From a virus (lineage: Duplodnaviria > Heunggongvirae > Uroviricota > Caudoviricetes), in IMG/VR virus record IMGVR_UViG_3300043447_000086: a stretch of 64,000 nucleotides of DNA. One strand, written 5' to 3'. Both the position numbers and the translations under genes were made by a program. This document shows, piece after piece, positions 8,882 through 18,546 of the stretch. Numbering within the stretch: position 1 is the stretch's first letter; each line of letters opens with the position of its first letter. The notes beneath the pieces were generated by a model. It was given only the letters and a program-made list of their open reading frames with translations, did no database searches and had not been told where the DNA came from.

Positions 8882-10258
8882 TTATTTCATTGAGAACTTA
8901 ATACCTGTGTTATCCGAGTCCTTAGCGTTCGCTCCGTAAGCGAACTTGAATTCAGCGTTAGAAAATAACTTCTTCTCGAAAGAGAGCTTGTCGCCACTAA
9001 AGTTTAGGTAGACCTGTTCAGTCTTCATCTCTCGACTGATGTTGTTTAGTATTTCTTGGTAGATCTTGTTCTTGTTCATATAGTCAACAAGAGCGTATCC
9101 CATAGGAGCTAGAACCAACGAATAGTATTTCTTGTAGCTGGCACCAGCAAAAACGATATCCAGAGAATCCTTAGAGGCAGTCTTACCCAGTTCTTCGTAG
9201 ATAGCACCAAACTCGGTCTGAAACATCTTCAGGCGATTAGCTGGAGTCTTACTAGCGCTGGCAATCTTTTGGATAGAAGCAGATACGTCCAAGATCGTGA
9301 AGTTTGGTTTACCTACAACAGACTTCAACTTATTATAAGCAGGTAGCTTAAGAGTCTCAAAAGCCTTTAGAATTTTGGTTGATGTGTTATCATCTTTACC
9401 AGCCAGAGCCTTTAAAACGTTGATAGCTTTTAGCTCTTCTACCTTTGGTGTTTTATAAACTTTATCGAGGTTATTCACGATAGCACCAATAGAAGGTGCA
9501 GCACCAGCTTCGAACTTGGCGGATACATCTGAGCGGATAGTTTTATTACCGACTTTACGATCAACGTAGAAGTCAATCAGTGCCTCGTTACTGATAACAG
9601 AGAAGCCGAACTTCGTCCAACCTGCGCCATGTGGTTGAGTTAGATACCAACGCAGAGAAAGAATCTCACCGAAGTCTTTACCGATAGCTTGACGGTCTTG
9701 CGGCTTAACTGCAGTCATCGCTTTCTTTGCTGCAGCATTCATTGGGACGTTGTCTGTTTTAGCTTTGTTGTCTGCAACAGACTTATACAGTTGAACTAGT
9801 GCAGTCTTGATATCAGAACCTACCTTCAACTTTTCTATACCATCGTAGACAGCTTTGTCGAAAGATGCTAATGAAGTGTATCCGCTGGCTGTAGTTAGTC
9901 CAAGTTTATCTGGTGCTAAGTCTTTTGTTTTTAACGTACCCTTTTCAGTGTATGTATTGACCAAGAAGAAAGACTCACCTTTGGTCACACCACCAGAAGC
10001 TGTAGTTATCTTTATAAGTTTAGCTTTGTACTTACCAGAGATAGCCTTTTCTTCTGTTGCTGTCAGGTCGTTTATGGTTGCAAGAAGACCAGTCACTTTC
10101 AGTAACTTGTCTAAGCTATCTGAGTAAGCAACCTCTACTGCTTTGATCTGAGTTTGGTAACGAGATGTCTTGATAGAAGCAGAAATGCCCTTCTTTTCTA
10201 GATGGGCTTTAATCTTCTTGGCTGTTTCAGCCATCTTCTCGTAATCGTAATTTGCCAT
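8882..10258 (-). CDS. Hypothetical protein (458 aa)
   Basis: Long ORF, Lys/Ala/Thr rich, no motif recognised. It lies between the capsid-targeted block and the modification-like operon. Confidence 0.55.
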   Translation of the reverse strand: MANYDYEKMAETAKKIKAHLEKKGISASIKTSRYQTQIKAVEVAYSDSLDKLLKVTGLLATINDLTATEEKAISGKYKAKLIKITTASGGVTKGESFFLVNTYTEKGTLKTKDLAPDKLGLTTASGYTSLASFDKAVYDGIEKLKVGSDIKTALVQLYKSVADNKAKTDNVPMNAAAKKAMTAVKPQDRQAIGKDFGEILSLRWYLTQPHGAGWTKFGFSVISNEALIDFYVDRKVGNKTIRSDVSAKFEAGAAPSIGAIVNNLDKVYKTPKVEELKAINVLKALAGKDDNTSTKILKAFETLKLPAYNKLKSVVGKPNFTILDVSASIQKIASASKTPANRLKMFQTEFGAIYEELGKTASKDSLDIVFAGASYKKYYSLVLAPMGYALVDYMNKNKIYQEILNNISREMKTEQVYLNFSGDKLSFEKKLFSNAEFKFAYGANAKDSDNTGIKFSMK

Positions 10259-10286
10259 AGTTAGTTTATTATACAGAACTAACTAT

Positions 10287-10985
10287 TTAGGTCAAGTGTC
10301 TTGAATACTTCCTGTCCCACTTGGCGATCTGTTGTATGATCTTCTGTGGTGAGATATTGTTTCTAAAGTCGTAGTCGAACGTTTTTAGAAAGTAATGAAG
10401 GGTAGAAGAATCACGGTGCCTCTTACAGCGATCTAATAGTATATGTAGTGGAACATTTGGCTTGTTCATCTTGTAGTCAAGATAGACGCAGTGGGCATAT
10501 GCTTGGATCTCATCGAACTCAGATAGGTATCTTCGCTCGGCATCCTTGAGAGAGTGTCCAACTCTTTTGTATGGAACCACATAGCTGCTGGACTCATCAT
10601 AACGACGATCGTATTGCATAAAGTGGATCATCTCGTGCATCAAGGTTTGGATAACACGGTACTTAAACTTGTCCCAAGTTTGTTGAGTGAATGCGTGTTT
10701 ATCGAAATTTACACTGTAAATGTGTATGGTACATTGGCGCTCGTCTGGCGCATACTCTCCGCCAACTGCTACATACTTTAACCAGACTTTATTCTTTTTT
10801 AGCGGATCTCTGAACTCTACTCTAGTTCGCCACTTCTTAAAGTAGTTGGAGAGACCAGTCGAGTTATTTTTATACTCGTCTAAGTCTCTCCAAATTCTAG
10901 CAGGAATGAGTTTAGCTCTAAATGGACGCTCATAGAAATTGAGCATGTCCATCCAGTCGAAGGTGGCTTTCTCTAGGAAATTCAT
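10287..10985 (-). CDS. HExxH zinc-metallopeptidase-like protein (SprT/WLM-like?)
   Basis: 232 aa, with TLMHEMIHFMQYD (HExxH) and downstream H and E residues. Last gene of the operon that follows gp41. Confidence 0.45.
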   Translation of the reverse strand: MNFLEKATFDWMDMLNFYERPFRAKLIPARIWRDLDEYKNNSTGLSNYFKKWRTRVEFRDPLKKNKVWLKYVAVGGEYAPDERQCTIHIYSVNFDKHAFTQQTWDKFKYRVIQTLMHEMIHFMQYDRRYDESSSYVVPYKRVGHSLKDAERRYLSEFDEIQAYAHCVYLDYKMNKPNVPLHILLDRCKRHRDSSTLHYFLKTFDYDFRNNISPQKIIQQIAKWDRKYSRHLT

Positions 10986-11007
10986 AGCTTCCCAGAAAGC
11001 CCTAACC

Positions 11008-11616
11008 TTAGCCTAGATGTTTGTCCAAGAAGGCTAGGACTTTCGTTTGATCCTCTAAGTTAGTGTTGCTGAACTCAGTAATATAGGGCATTAACTCAAA
11101 ATTAGATAGTAGATTACTATATTTAGTCTCTCGCCCTCTTAGGAATTGCTCAGACTGGTCGGAGCCACGATCCTTGTAGCGTTGCTCTAGAAGATCCTTG
11201 GGAGCCTTCAAATAGACCACCTGCAAATCAGTGTTCGGAAGTCCCATACAGAACTCCAAGAAAGACTGATTGAAGACTCGGTCTCCCTCGAAAAGGATGT
11301 TACAGTTATGAGAAGCGATCCACTCTTGAAGTGGAGGCTGAACTGCCATAGAAAGGCGGTCTGTTCCAGCGAAGGTTTCACCTTCCTCGTACTTTCCAAG
11401 TACATACAAATCACGGTCTACATTATAAGAAGCCGAGACTAGCTTGGCTGGCTCTCCGACGATCCAGTCTTTACCTTCCATATACTTACGGAACAAGGTA
11501 GTCTTGCCAGTTCCAGGTTGTCCACCAACGGCAATAATCTTACGTGTCTTCAACGTGTTCTTAATAAGCTGAACACTAATCTGATCTTGAACACCCAATT
11601 TATCAACAAATGACAT
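11008..11616 (-). CDS. P-loop kinase (candidate DNA/nucleotide 5-hydroxymethyl kinase)
   Basis: 202 aa with Walker A IIAVGGQPGTGKTTLF near the N-terminus and a Walker-B-like LFEGDRVF. Size and position resemble phage 5-hmdU DNA kinases, but that function is inferred only. Confidence 0.5.
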   Translation of the reverse strand: MSFVDKLGVQDQISVQLIKNTLKTRKIIAVGGQPGTGKTTLFRKYMEGKDWIVGEPAKLVSASYNVDRDLYVLGKYEEGETFAGTDRLSMAVQPPLQEWIASHNCNILFEGDRVFNQSFLEFCMGLPNTDLQVVYLKAPKDLLEQRYKDRGSDQSEQFLRGRETKYSNLLSNFELMPYITEFSNTNLEDQTKVLAFLDKHLG

Positions 11617-11626
11617 TTTATATCCT

Positions 11627-12646
11627 TTAAGCGAATGCTTCCAATCCCATTAGAACAGGTTCTTCATCATCGAACATCCATTCCAAATTTTGTAATTTAC
11701 CAGTACGAATAAAGTTAGGGAATCGTTCTTTATCAATACCACGTTTATCATCAAGTCTCAAGTCGATGGTTTCATTACGTGCATCCCACATAACCTGCCA
11801 CTCAATACCGTACCACCCATCTTTCTCAGATTGTAGAATTTCTTCTGCTTGACGATCTAGGTAGTAACCAAGATAACGCCCATGCTTTTCACGAAAGATC
11901 TTCTTGAAAGAACAAAGGCAAGTCTCCATAGTGAAGTAGTCTATTTGGTGTGCCAACTCTGGGAATCTTGATCGCATTTCTTCAAGAATACTTCTGCCAT
12001 GAGCCTCAAGTCCTGAATACTCCAATGTAGTGAGTTTTCTATCATAATCGTCATCTTTGCCAAGGGCATAAAGTAGTCCATTACGATGAGAGCGAGAGCC
12101 ATCATAATCGTCCAGCATAAGACTAGTGGGCTCAATAGCAATACCAGCAGTGTGCCTAAGATGTTGCATATAGAACCAAGTACTATAACGACCAAACTTA
12201 TGTAGGCTTCCTTTAAGAATTTCCCACAGTCTTGTAAAGTTCTGTTCTTCATTGTCTCCATAATAACTTTCCAGTTTTTCACGTTGAGTATTGTTACCGA
12301 TAAACTTCTGGTATGACTCGAACATGGATGGTAGATGTCCCTTATTCCACTTTGTATCTGTTTGATAACGAAGGCGTTTATAATTGGTCGTATTCCACTG
12401 AGTGATGCGATCTACTGTAGCTAGTTCAAAGTCTGGGAATTCGTTCTTCAATACCCATGCAGTTGGAAGCTGATACGTGTTACCGTAGAGCCATGCAAAC
12501 CAGATTCGTTCTTCGTCATTGTGGCTGTATCTGTTGTGCAGATAGTTTGTAGCCCAGACAGCTGGATCGCAATCATCATACTTCAATGACCAAGCATACC
12601 AACGGATGAATGCTTCTCTGCGGTTTTGTTTTAAACGATAATCCAT
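11627..12646 (-). CDS. Hypothetical Trp/Tyr-rich protein (candidate base-transferase partner of the kinase)
   Basis: 339 aa, no recognisable motif. Translationally coupled with both neighbours (ATGA at 12646). Confidence 0.5.
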   Translation of the reverse strand: MDYRLKQNRREAFIRWYAWSLKYDDCDPAVWATNYLHNRYSHNDEERIWFAWLYGNTYQLPTAWVLKNEFPDFELATVDRITQWNTTNYKRLRYQTDTKWNKGHLPSMFESYQKFIGNNTQREKLESYYGDNEEQNFTRLWEILKGSLHKFGRYSTWFYMQHLRHTAGIAIEPTSLMLDDYDGSRSHRNGLLYALGKDDDYDRKLTTLEYSGLEAHGRSILEEMRSRFPELAHQIDYFTMETCLCSFKKIFREKHGRYLGYYLDRQAEEILQSEKDGWYGIEWQVMWDARNETIDLRLDDKRGIDKERFPNFIRTGKLQNLEWMFDDEEPVLMGLEAFA

Positions 12647-13287
12647 TATTCTAAAAATTCTTCAAGAGAAGGTTCATTCAACAATGCGTCACGAAGCCAT
12701 GCATTACCCACAGCGTCAATTGCTGCTTGTGTCTTGGCTTTCTTCTTTTCGCCCCAAGTATAGTTTTCTAACCCTTCTTTTCTAAACTGCTCTCTAGCTT
12801 TCGATGGCGGTAGAGCTTGTTTCGGGCTAGCTGTAGCGAAGTTTCTAAATGCGATCTGTTCGACACGTGTGGGGAAAAGAGGCTGGTCAGAACGTAACGA
12901 GCCTGTGGGGTCAACTGCCCAGAAGATGAGACCATTTCTGTAATGCCATGTGACCGAAGATGGTGTACATGATATCTTAAGTCTTGTAGTATTCCTCTCT
13001 TTGACTGCATAATCAATCCATGCATCCCAGCACTTGGACGCATATCCCTTTCCTTCTTTTCCTTCTAGTGTGACAATTTCGTAGAGATTGGCGTAACCAT
13101 CTCGATTGAACGTAGCGAAAATTAAACAAACAACTTCACCATTATCCTCATAAGCCATAGGTGGACACTTCTCGTAGTTCTTGAAGCGATACCACAATGA
13201 GTGCGCAGCCGATAAGAACTTGGTGTTCTTACCAGCTGGGCTTTCTTTGATTAGTTGTTCTACTTTAGTTGAATTAACGAATAACAT
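12646..13287 (-). CDS. GNAT-fold acetyltransferase-like protein
   Basis: Start trimmed to the ATG at 13287 (GGTGGA Shine-Dalgarno, no overlap with the amidotransferase). The EGKEGKGYASK segment resembles GNAT motif A (Q/R-x-x-G-x-G/A). Confidence 0.45.
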   Translation of the reverse strand: MLFVNSTKVEQLIKESPAGKNTKFLSAAHSLWYRFKNYEKCPPMAYEDNGEVVCLIFATFNRDGYANLYEIVTLEGKEGKGYASKCWDAWIDYAVKERNTTRLKISCTPSSVTWHYRNGLIFWAVDPTGSLRSDQPLFPTRVEQIAFRNFATASPKQALPPSKAREQFRKEGLENYTWGEKKKAKTQAAIDAVGNAWLRDALLNEPSLEEFLE

Positions 13288-13990
13288 CTTGTAAATCCAC
13301 CGCACCTTTGATCTCGACATTTTCGATAGACATCGTCAGATCTCCGTCGAAAACGCAGTACATATTCATATTCATTAGATAAGGTTCTTCCTCGATACCT
13401 GCTCGTTTAATTACATCGGCAGTAGAAGTAATTATACATCCATTATCTAAGTTTGTCAAATATAATGGACGCTTACCGTTGCGGAATGCAGTAAGAGTTC
13501 GATTCTTATCGAGGACACAAACTGCAAGCGATGCATCTTTCCACTCAACTAGCGGAGACTTACCAGCTGCAAAGGTATGCAGTAACAGTTCGGTGTCATT
13601 CTTACCTTGGCACTTGTAACCATACAACTGTTCCCAATTCTCTGGAAGTTCTTGAGTGATGACACCATTGTGGGCTACACTCATATAGTTGTTCCAGATC
13701 GGTTGATTGTACTCAAGATCAGAAGTGCTATAACGACAGTGTCCGATTAGATACAAGTTACCATCATCAGCAACCATATCTGCTAAGTTGTCGTTGTGTA
13801 AAAACTTTTCAATGAACTTATCCGCTGGGATAGGTTCTACGATGTTTTCAATACCACTGGACCACCTAGGTAGGAATGAGATACCAGTGGCGTGTAAGCC
13901 ACGAATACGAGACTCGTGGAATACCCGCTTGATCATATCAAAATCATCACGTGTGGGCTTTTGAATAATAGCCCCAATTACTGCACACAT
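13274..13990 (-). CDS. Class II (Ntn) glutamine amidotransferase domain protein
   Basis: 238 aa starting MCAVIGAI (Cys at position 2 is the Ntn nucleophile). RGLHATGISF, IGHCRYSTSD, AHNGVI and NDTEL match PurF/GlmS N-domain motifs. TAATG overlap with the dioxygenase. Confidence 0.65.
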   Translation of the reverse strand: MCAVIGAIIQKPTRDDFDMIKRVFHESRIRGLHATGISFLPRWSSGIENIVEPIPADKFIEKFLHNDNLADMVADDGNLYLIGHCRYSTSDLEYNQPIWNNYMSVAHNGVITQELPENWEQLYGYKCQGKNDTELLLHTFAAGKSPLVEWKDASLAVCVLDKNRTLTAFRNGKRPLYLTNLDNGCIITSTADVIKRAGIEEEPYLMNMNMYCVFDGDLTMSIENVEIKGAVDLQDVIR

Positions 13991-15321
13991 TACATAAAGC
14001 CCTCAAGTGCACCAACAGTAGTTGTCTTTGGTGGGTGATACTTATCAACCAGATCTTGACGACCTTTGTTGATCAAGAAGTCATACCATTCTTGGTCGTC
14101 CCACATACCTTGGCTAACACCATTCCACAGATGGCGTGCAGATCCATCTTCGTTCAAGTGTCCTGGATGCTCTTTGTTTAGGCGACGAGACTCAACGTAT
14201 TCATAGCGCAAGTCTTCGTAGTCTTTAGTGCCAAGGTCAAGCATCTTCTCACGGAAATAGCAAACCAGTGAAACACGTTCTGCTTCTTCGTCCAGCAATT
14301 TAATTTCAGTATTACCGTGCATAACTTCGTGGTTGTTAATCAGCAACAAGTCACCTGGACGCACGTTAACCGCAACACGATACTCTGGAGCAACAAGGTA
14401 GCAACCAGAGTAGTTACCATTGTTGGAAAGAACCAACAGATTAGACAAACCAGTTGTCAGGTCGCCTGCATCAAAGTGGCAAGCAGTGCGGAATGTTTTG
14501 TTCACTGTAATAGTAGTGAACGGAGTTCCTGGGACTAAGAAGCCTTTATCAATCTTGCTTGCAGCTTCCATCTGTGCAGTGAAACGTTGTGGCAGCAACT
14601 CCTTAAAACCTTTAGCAAGAGTTTGTAGGAATGGGAATGCCATAGCAAACTTCTGTGGCTCACGTTGAGTGTAAGATGTAGCACGACCATAAGGGATACG
14701 TGGATAACGATCAAACCAACCAGCAATACCAGAGAACACACCATTAGCGTAAGTAGTAGAACAAACGTACTTCTTAACGATACGATCTACTTCTTTCTTC
14801 TTTTGGTCATCCGAAAGTTGCTTGGTTGCGTCTACCCAAGTTTCAAAGTCGAAGTTATCTTTCTTTACTGCTTGAATACCCCAAACGTTGTTACGTGTAG
14901 AAGGCTGTTCTTTCTTACCTTTATGCGCTGCACGGATATCTTCGATTGGGTCATCACCATACAAGTTTGCACCTGGATTTGAGAAGTAGTCGATAATATC
15001 AGACTCATACTCAGTAACCCATTCACGATTACCCAACTTCTCGCCACGTGGACCAGCAGCCATACCACGGTTCTGCGTTTCTACTGCAGCCTCACGCAGA
15101 CCAGCATAGGCTTGATCTTGTTGCTCTTTACTGAAATAGTTCTTGCGGAACTTTAAGATAATTCTTTCTTCACTGTGAGTTAGCTCAGGATGACCTGGGA
15201 TCTCAGGCATATAGACATCCATATCTTCTTCGATAAGAAGATCATAATCTTTCTCTGTAGGAAATTGCCCTTCCATATGCGAGCAATCGTGTTTGATTGG
15301 TGCTACTAATACCTTAACCAT
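13990..15321 (-). CDS. 2-oxoglutarate/Fe(II)-dependent dioxygenase, TET/JBP-like (candidate nucleic-acid base hydroxylase)
   Basis: Start trimmed to the ATG at 15321, which has an AAGGAG Shine-Dalgarno 6 nt upstream (the track ORF began inside the helicase gene). The C-terminal double-stranded beta-helix carries the facial triad CHFDAGD ... HEVMHGNT plus the Arg in VSLVCYFR. An acidic N-domain of about 170 aa precedes it. Confidence 0.55.
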   Translation of the reverse strand: MVKVLVAPIKHDCSHMEGQFPTEKDYDLLIEEDMDVYMPEIPGHPELTHSEERIILKFRKNYFSKEQQDQAYAGLREAAVETQNRGMAAGPRGEKLGNREWVTEYESDIIDYFSNPGANLYGDDPIEDIRAAHKGKKEQPSTRNNVWGIQAVKKDNFDFETWVDATKQLSDDQKKKEVDRIVKKYVCSTTYANGVFSGIAGWFDRYPRIPYGRATSYTQREPQKFAMAFPFLQTLAKGFKELLPQRFTAQMEAASKIDKGFLVPGTPFTTITVNKTFRTACHFDAGDLTTGLSNLLVLSNNGNYSGCYLVAPEYRVAVNVRPGDLLLINNHEVMHGNTEIKLLDEEAERVSLVCYFREKMLDLGTKDYEDLRYEYVESRRLNKEHPGHLNEDGSARHLWNGVSQGMWDDQEWYDFLINKGRQDLVDKYHPPKTTTVGALEGFM

Positions 15322-15331
15322 TTCTATCTCC

Positions 15332-16732
15332 TTAAAACTTCCAACCGTCAAAACTTCCCTCAGCTTTGGCTCTCTTACCGAAATCACTCTTATCGAAAAC
15401 TGGACCATCATCCTGTCCAGAATCAGAAAGACCAGTTTGCGCAGAAGCCTCTACATCATATAACTTCATCTTTGATCTGTCAATACCAATAACGAATCGT
15501 TTGAAGTAACTAGGATCATTATACCTATTTTTTAATTGCTTGACAATAATTTGATTCAATGCTTCTAGTTCTTCGTTGCTAACTAATGCAAACATAAAGT
15601 CGGCTGTCGCAGGTAGACCGAAAGATTCTGAGGTATCTTCCAAGCCTGGATCTGAATTGGTATAACCAGATCGGGTAGTTTGGGTAGCTGAGACGATTGG
15701 AACATTAAACTCGACTGCCAAACCACGCAACTCTTCTGCAATTGCCTTAACATATGTATAAGAGTTAATACTTCCACCTTGCTTCATACGTTGACTTGCA
15801 CAGATGTTCAAGTAGTCGATGAAGATAATATCAGGCATAAACTCTCGTTTCAATTTCAATTCTTCTAACAATGCACGGAAATGCCCAGAGTGCGCACCAG
15901 CAGTTGGGTACTCTTTGATGATCAACTTACCTTGAGTCTTTTTCGTAATCTTACTGATACGAGTCTCATAGATGTCCTTGTCAACTACCTTCAGTTCGTC
16001 CATCGTCAGGTTCAACAGATTAGCGTCGATACGTTCAGCGATACGTTCTTCAGCCATTTCCATTGTTATGTATAAGACATTTTTACCCTGCGTCAGACAA
16101 CCTGCAGCAACGTGACACATAAACAGCGACTTACCAACACCAGTACCAGCCAGTGCGATATTCAAAGTCTTTTTAGACAAGCCACCTTTGGTAATCTTGT
16201 TGAACATATCCAAGTCGAAGGCAATCTTCTCCTCGACCCTATGATAATATTCGTAACGAGATTGGTGGTCATCCAAATAGTCGTGACCAATATGGCTGTC
16301 GAAAGATACAGCCAACGCATCTGAAAGGATAGAAGGGATAGAGTCCTGCGTGAGAGTCTTCTCACGACCATCAATAACTTGAATGGACTTTAGAATCGCA
16401 TTGTAAACTGCACGATCCTTACAAAACTTCTCTGTGTGTTCAAGCATCCAGTCTTCATTGACTGGAGCATCAGTTAGACCATCGACATAGGAATTGACCT
16501 CAACCAACTCTTTGTCAGTGAGGTCTTTTCTATTGCCAATCTCAATCGAAAGAATTTCTTTCGTGAGTGGTTTGTTATACTTGTTGAAAAACTCTGATAC
16601 AATATTAGCTACGATGGACTCTTTCTTGTCAGCAAAATACTCTCTCTTAATAAAGGGAATTACTTTTCGGCAATAGTGTTCATCATAAATTAGTCTGCTC
16701 AGAATCTGTTGCTCAATTCTCATCAACTCCAC
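15332..16732 (-). CDS. 41: Replicative DNA helicase (T4 gp41-like, DnaB family)
   Basis: 466 aa against T4 gp41 at 475 aa. Walker A LAGTGVGKSLFMCH and other RecA-like DnaB motifs. Confidence 0.85.
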   Translation of the reverse strand: MELMRIEQQILSRLIYDEHYCRKVIPFIKREYFADKKESIVANIVSEFFNKYNKPLTKEILSIEIGNRKDLTDKELVEVNSYVDGLTDAPVNEDWMLEHTEKFCKDRAVYNAILKSIQVIDGREKTLTQDSIPSILSDALAVSFDSHIGHDYLDDHQSRYEYYHRVEEKIAFDLDMFNKITKGGLSKKTLNIALAGTGVGKSLFMCHVAAGCLTQGKNVLYITMEMAEERIAERIDANLLNLTMDELKVVDKDIYETRISKITKKTQGKLIIKEYPTAGAHSGHFRALLEELKLKREFMPDIIFIDYLNICASQRMKQGGSINSYTYVKAIAEELRGLAVEFNVPIVSATQTTRSGYTNSDPGLEDTSESFGLPATADFMFALVSNEELEALNQIIVKQLKNRYNDPSYFKRFVIGIDRSKMKLYDVEASAQTGLSDSGQDDGPVFDKSDFGKRAKAEGSFDGWKF

Positions 16733-17012
16733 CAGTATATGTTATTTCGTTTTGTTGCAGCTGTTCTAGAATAATCATCTGCAACATATCACCAAGATAG
16801 TGTTCGAGTTCATTCGCAGTATAGGTAACACCCGCATCTTCGTGCACCTCGTATTCAAAGCGCATCTTACAAGTGTCGCCCATCTCCTCAAACTTAACCT
16901 CACCGTAAGAGAAGATTATACCTGCGTATGGTCCACTTGTCAACTTTAGCCTGTAAGCTCCAGTTGATGCACTCTTGAGAACCACGAATGGTTTAGCGAG
17001 GTGTTCACCCAT
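16713..17012 (-). CDS. Hypothetical protein
   Basis: 99 aa ORF between uvsX and gene 41. Confidence 0.45.
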   Translation of the reverse strand: MGEHLAKPFVVLKSASTGAYRLKLTSGPYAGIIFSYGEVKFEEMGDTCKMRFEYEVHEDAGVTYTANELEHYLGDMLQMIILEQLQQNEITYTGGVDEN

Positions 17013-17200
17013 TATCCACCTCGCCCAGAAGCACGTTCAACTGGTCGTGCAGCAATACGATTGACTGCAGCGTTCACTTGCCTTGCAGCTTCCTTACGGG
17101 CAAAGCCTTGCTTCTGCAGTGTCTTTTTAGCTTTCTTCTTGGCACGATTAAGAAGTTTCTTGGCTTCCCACTCTTGCTTAAATTTAGATGGCTCACTCAT
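17012..17200 (-). CDS. Hypothetical small basic protein
   Basis: 62 aa, Lys/Arg/Ala rich; ATGA overlaps. Confidence 0.4.
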   Translation of the reverse strand: MSEPSKFKQEWEAKKLLNRAKKKAKKTLQKQGFARKEAARQVNAAVNRIAARPVERASGRGG

Positions 17201-18263
17201 CTACAAACTCCAATTCTTCTAATGCTCTGTCCAAGTCATCAGACTGAATCATTGAAACATTACCAACAGAATACTTGTTCTTGACAAAGTCATAGAACTT
17301 TTTGTTTGTTAAAATAGACATCCAGAAGTCTTTGGTTTCAGTATCCTTTAGGCGATACTTCTTGTCTTCAACGACACCGTCTTCGTCTACCTTTGAATAC
17401 CAACCATTGCTAGGCTTGACAACGTGTCCTGACTCGAGTGCAAGATCAAGTAGACCGCTCCACTTGCTAATACCGCCGTCAAAAGATACAGCAACAGGGA
17501 TTTTAGATTTTTCTTTAACATAACGTGACTTTTCTACATTGATAATAAAATTGTAACCAGTCACTTCAGTGCCATCTTTCTCTTGCTGACGTCCAAGAAT
17601 AAAGATGTTATCGGCAGAGTAATAAGAACCAGTACCACCACCGACGATATCTTTCGGGTACAATCCGATTTCTTTGTAGGTGTGATTCACAACTACCATC
17701 GGAATATCCTTGAGAGTCAGGTGAGGTGTGACCATACGGAATAGAGATTTCATCTGTTTAGCACGAGACATATCGGCTACAGATTTACCATCGAGCGCAT
17801 CCTCAACTTCTTTCTTAGAAGCCAAGTTACCGATGGAGTCGACTACAATCATCAAACGATCTCCACGTTCTAGATTTTGTAGCTGTTGCATAATGTCGAA
17901 CTTCAGTTGCTCAACATCTGTAATAGGAGTATGGAGCACCCTGTCAGTGTCAATGCCAAAAGCATCAAAGTAACTCTGCGGAGTACCGAACTCAGAATCG
18001 TAAAACAAAAGTGCTGCGTCTTCATATTTGTCCAAATAAGATTTCGCCATCAGCAAGCTGAAAGCAGTTTTGAAGTGCTTGGATGGACCAGCCCACATCG
18101 TAAGACCTGGAGTGAGACCACCATCAAGGCGACCAGACAGAGCCACGTTAATGACTGGAATGCTGGTAGGAATCATATCCTTCTTAGTGAAGAATTTAGA
18201 ATTCGCAAGAACAGCAGAGTCTTTGATCGTGCTGTTCTTTTTAATTTTATCAAGAATACCCAT
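17193..18263 (-). CDS. uvsX: Recombinase UvsX (RecA/Rad51 family)
   Basis: 356 aa. The N-terminus aligns with T4 UvsX (SKFFTKKD..IP.INVALSG...GG...GL...AGPSKHFK). Confidence 0.9.
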   Translation of the reverse strand: MGILDKIKKNSTIKDSAVLANSKFFTKKDMIPTSIPVINVALSGRLDGGLTPGLTMWAGPSKHFKTAFSLLMAKSYLDKYEDAALLFYDSEFGTPQSYFDAFGIDTDRVLHTPITDVEQLKFDIMQQLQNLERGDRLMIVVDSIGNLASKKEVEDALDGKSVADMSRAKQMKSLFRMVTPHLTLKDIPMVVVNHTYKEIGLYPKDIVGGGTGSYYSADNIFILGRQQEKDGTEVTGYNFIINVEKSRYVKEKSKIPVAVSFDGGISKWSGLLDLALESGHVVKPSNGWYSKVDEDGVVEDKKYRLKDTETKDFWMSILTNKKFYDFVKNKYSVGNVSMIQSDDLDRALEELEFVDE

Positions 18264-18265
18264 AA

Positions 18266-18517
18266 TTAACCTTTCAAAAATTCAAGTAATTTTTGTTCAT
18301 TGACCAAACCATTTAGCCTTTTAATTTCTTTCTCATTGTCATCAACAAGAACCATCGTTGGTACGCTACGGATACCATAGGTAATGGAAGTCGCCATATC
18401 TACATCAATATCGAACTCTACGATTTCAACATTAATCTTGTCCTTAGCATCTTGAATAACTTTAGTCAAAGCCTTGCATGGTTGGCACCATTGCGCATAA
18501 AATTTATATACTTTCAT
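18266..18517 (-). CDS. Thioredoxin/glutaredoxin-fold protein
   Basis: 83 aa with a WCQPCK CxxC active site. Confidence 0.7.
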   Translation of the reverse strand: MKVYKFYAQWCQPCKALTKVIQDAKDKINVEIVEFDIDVDMATSITYGIRSVPTMVLVDDNEKEIKRLNGLVNEQKLLEFLKG

Positions 18518-18546
18518 ATTATCTCCTAAAAATTGTTGCAGGACAA

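Noticed and set aside
13288-13320. Extended N-terminus of the GNAT-like protein overlapping the amidotransferase gene by 47 nt
   Set aside because: No Shine-Dalgarno before the ATG at 13320. The ATG at 13287 has a GGTGGA Shine-Dalgarno and removes the overlap.
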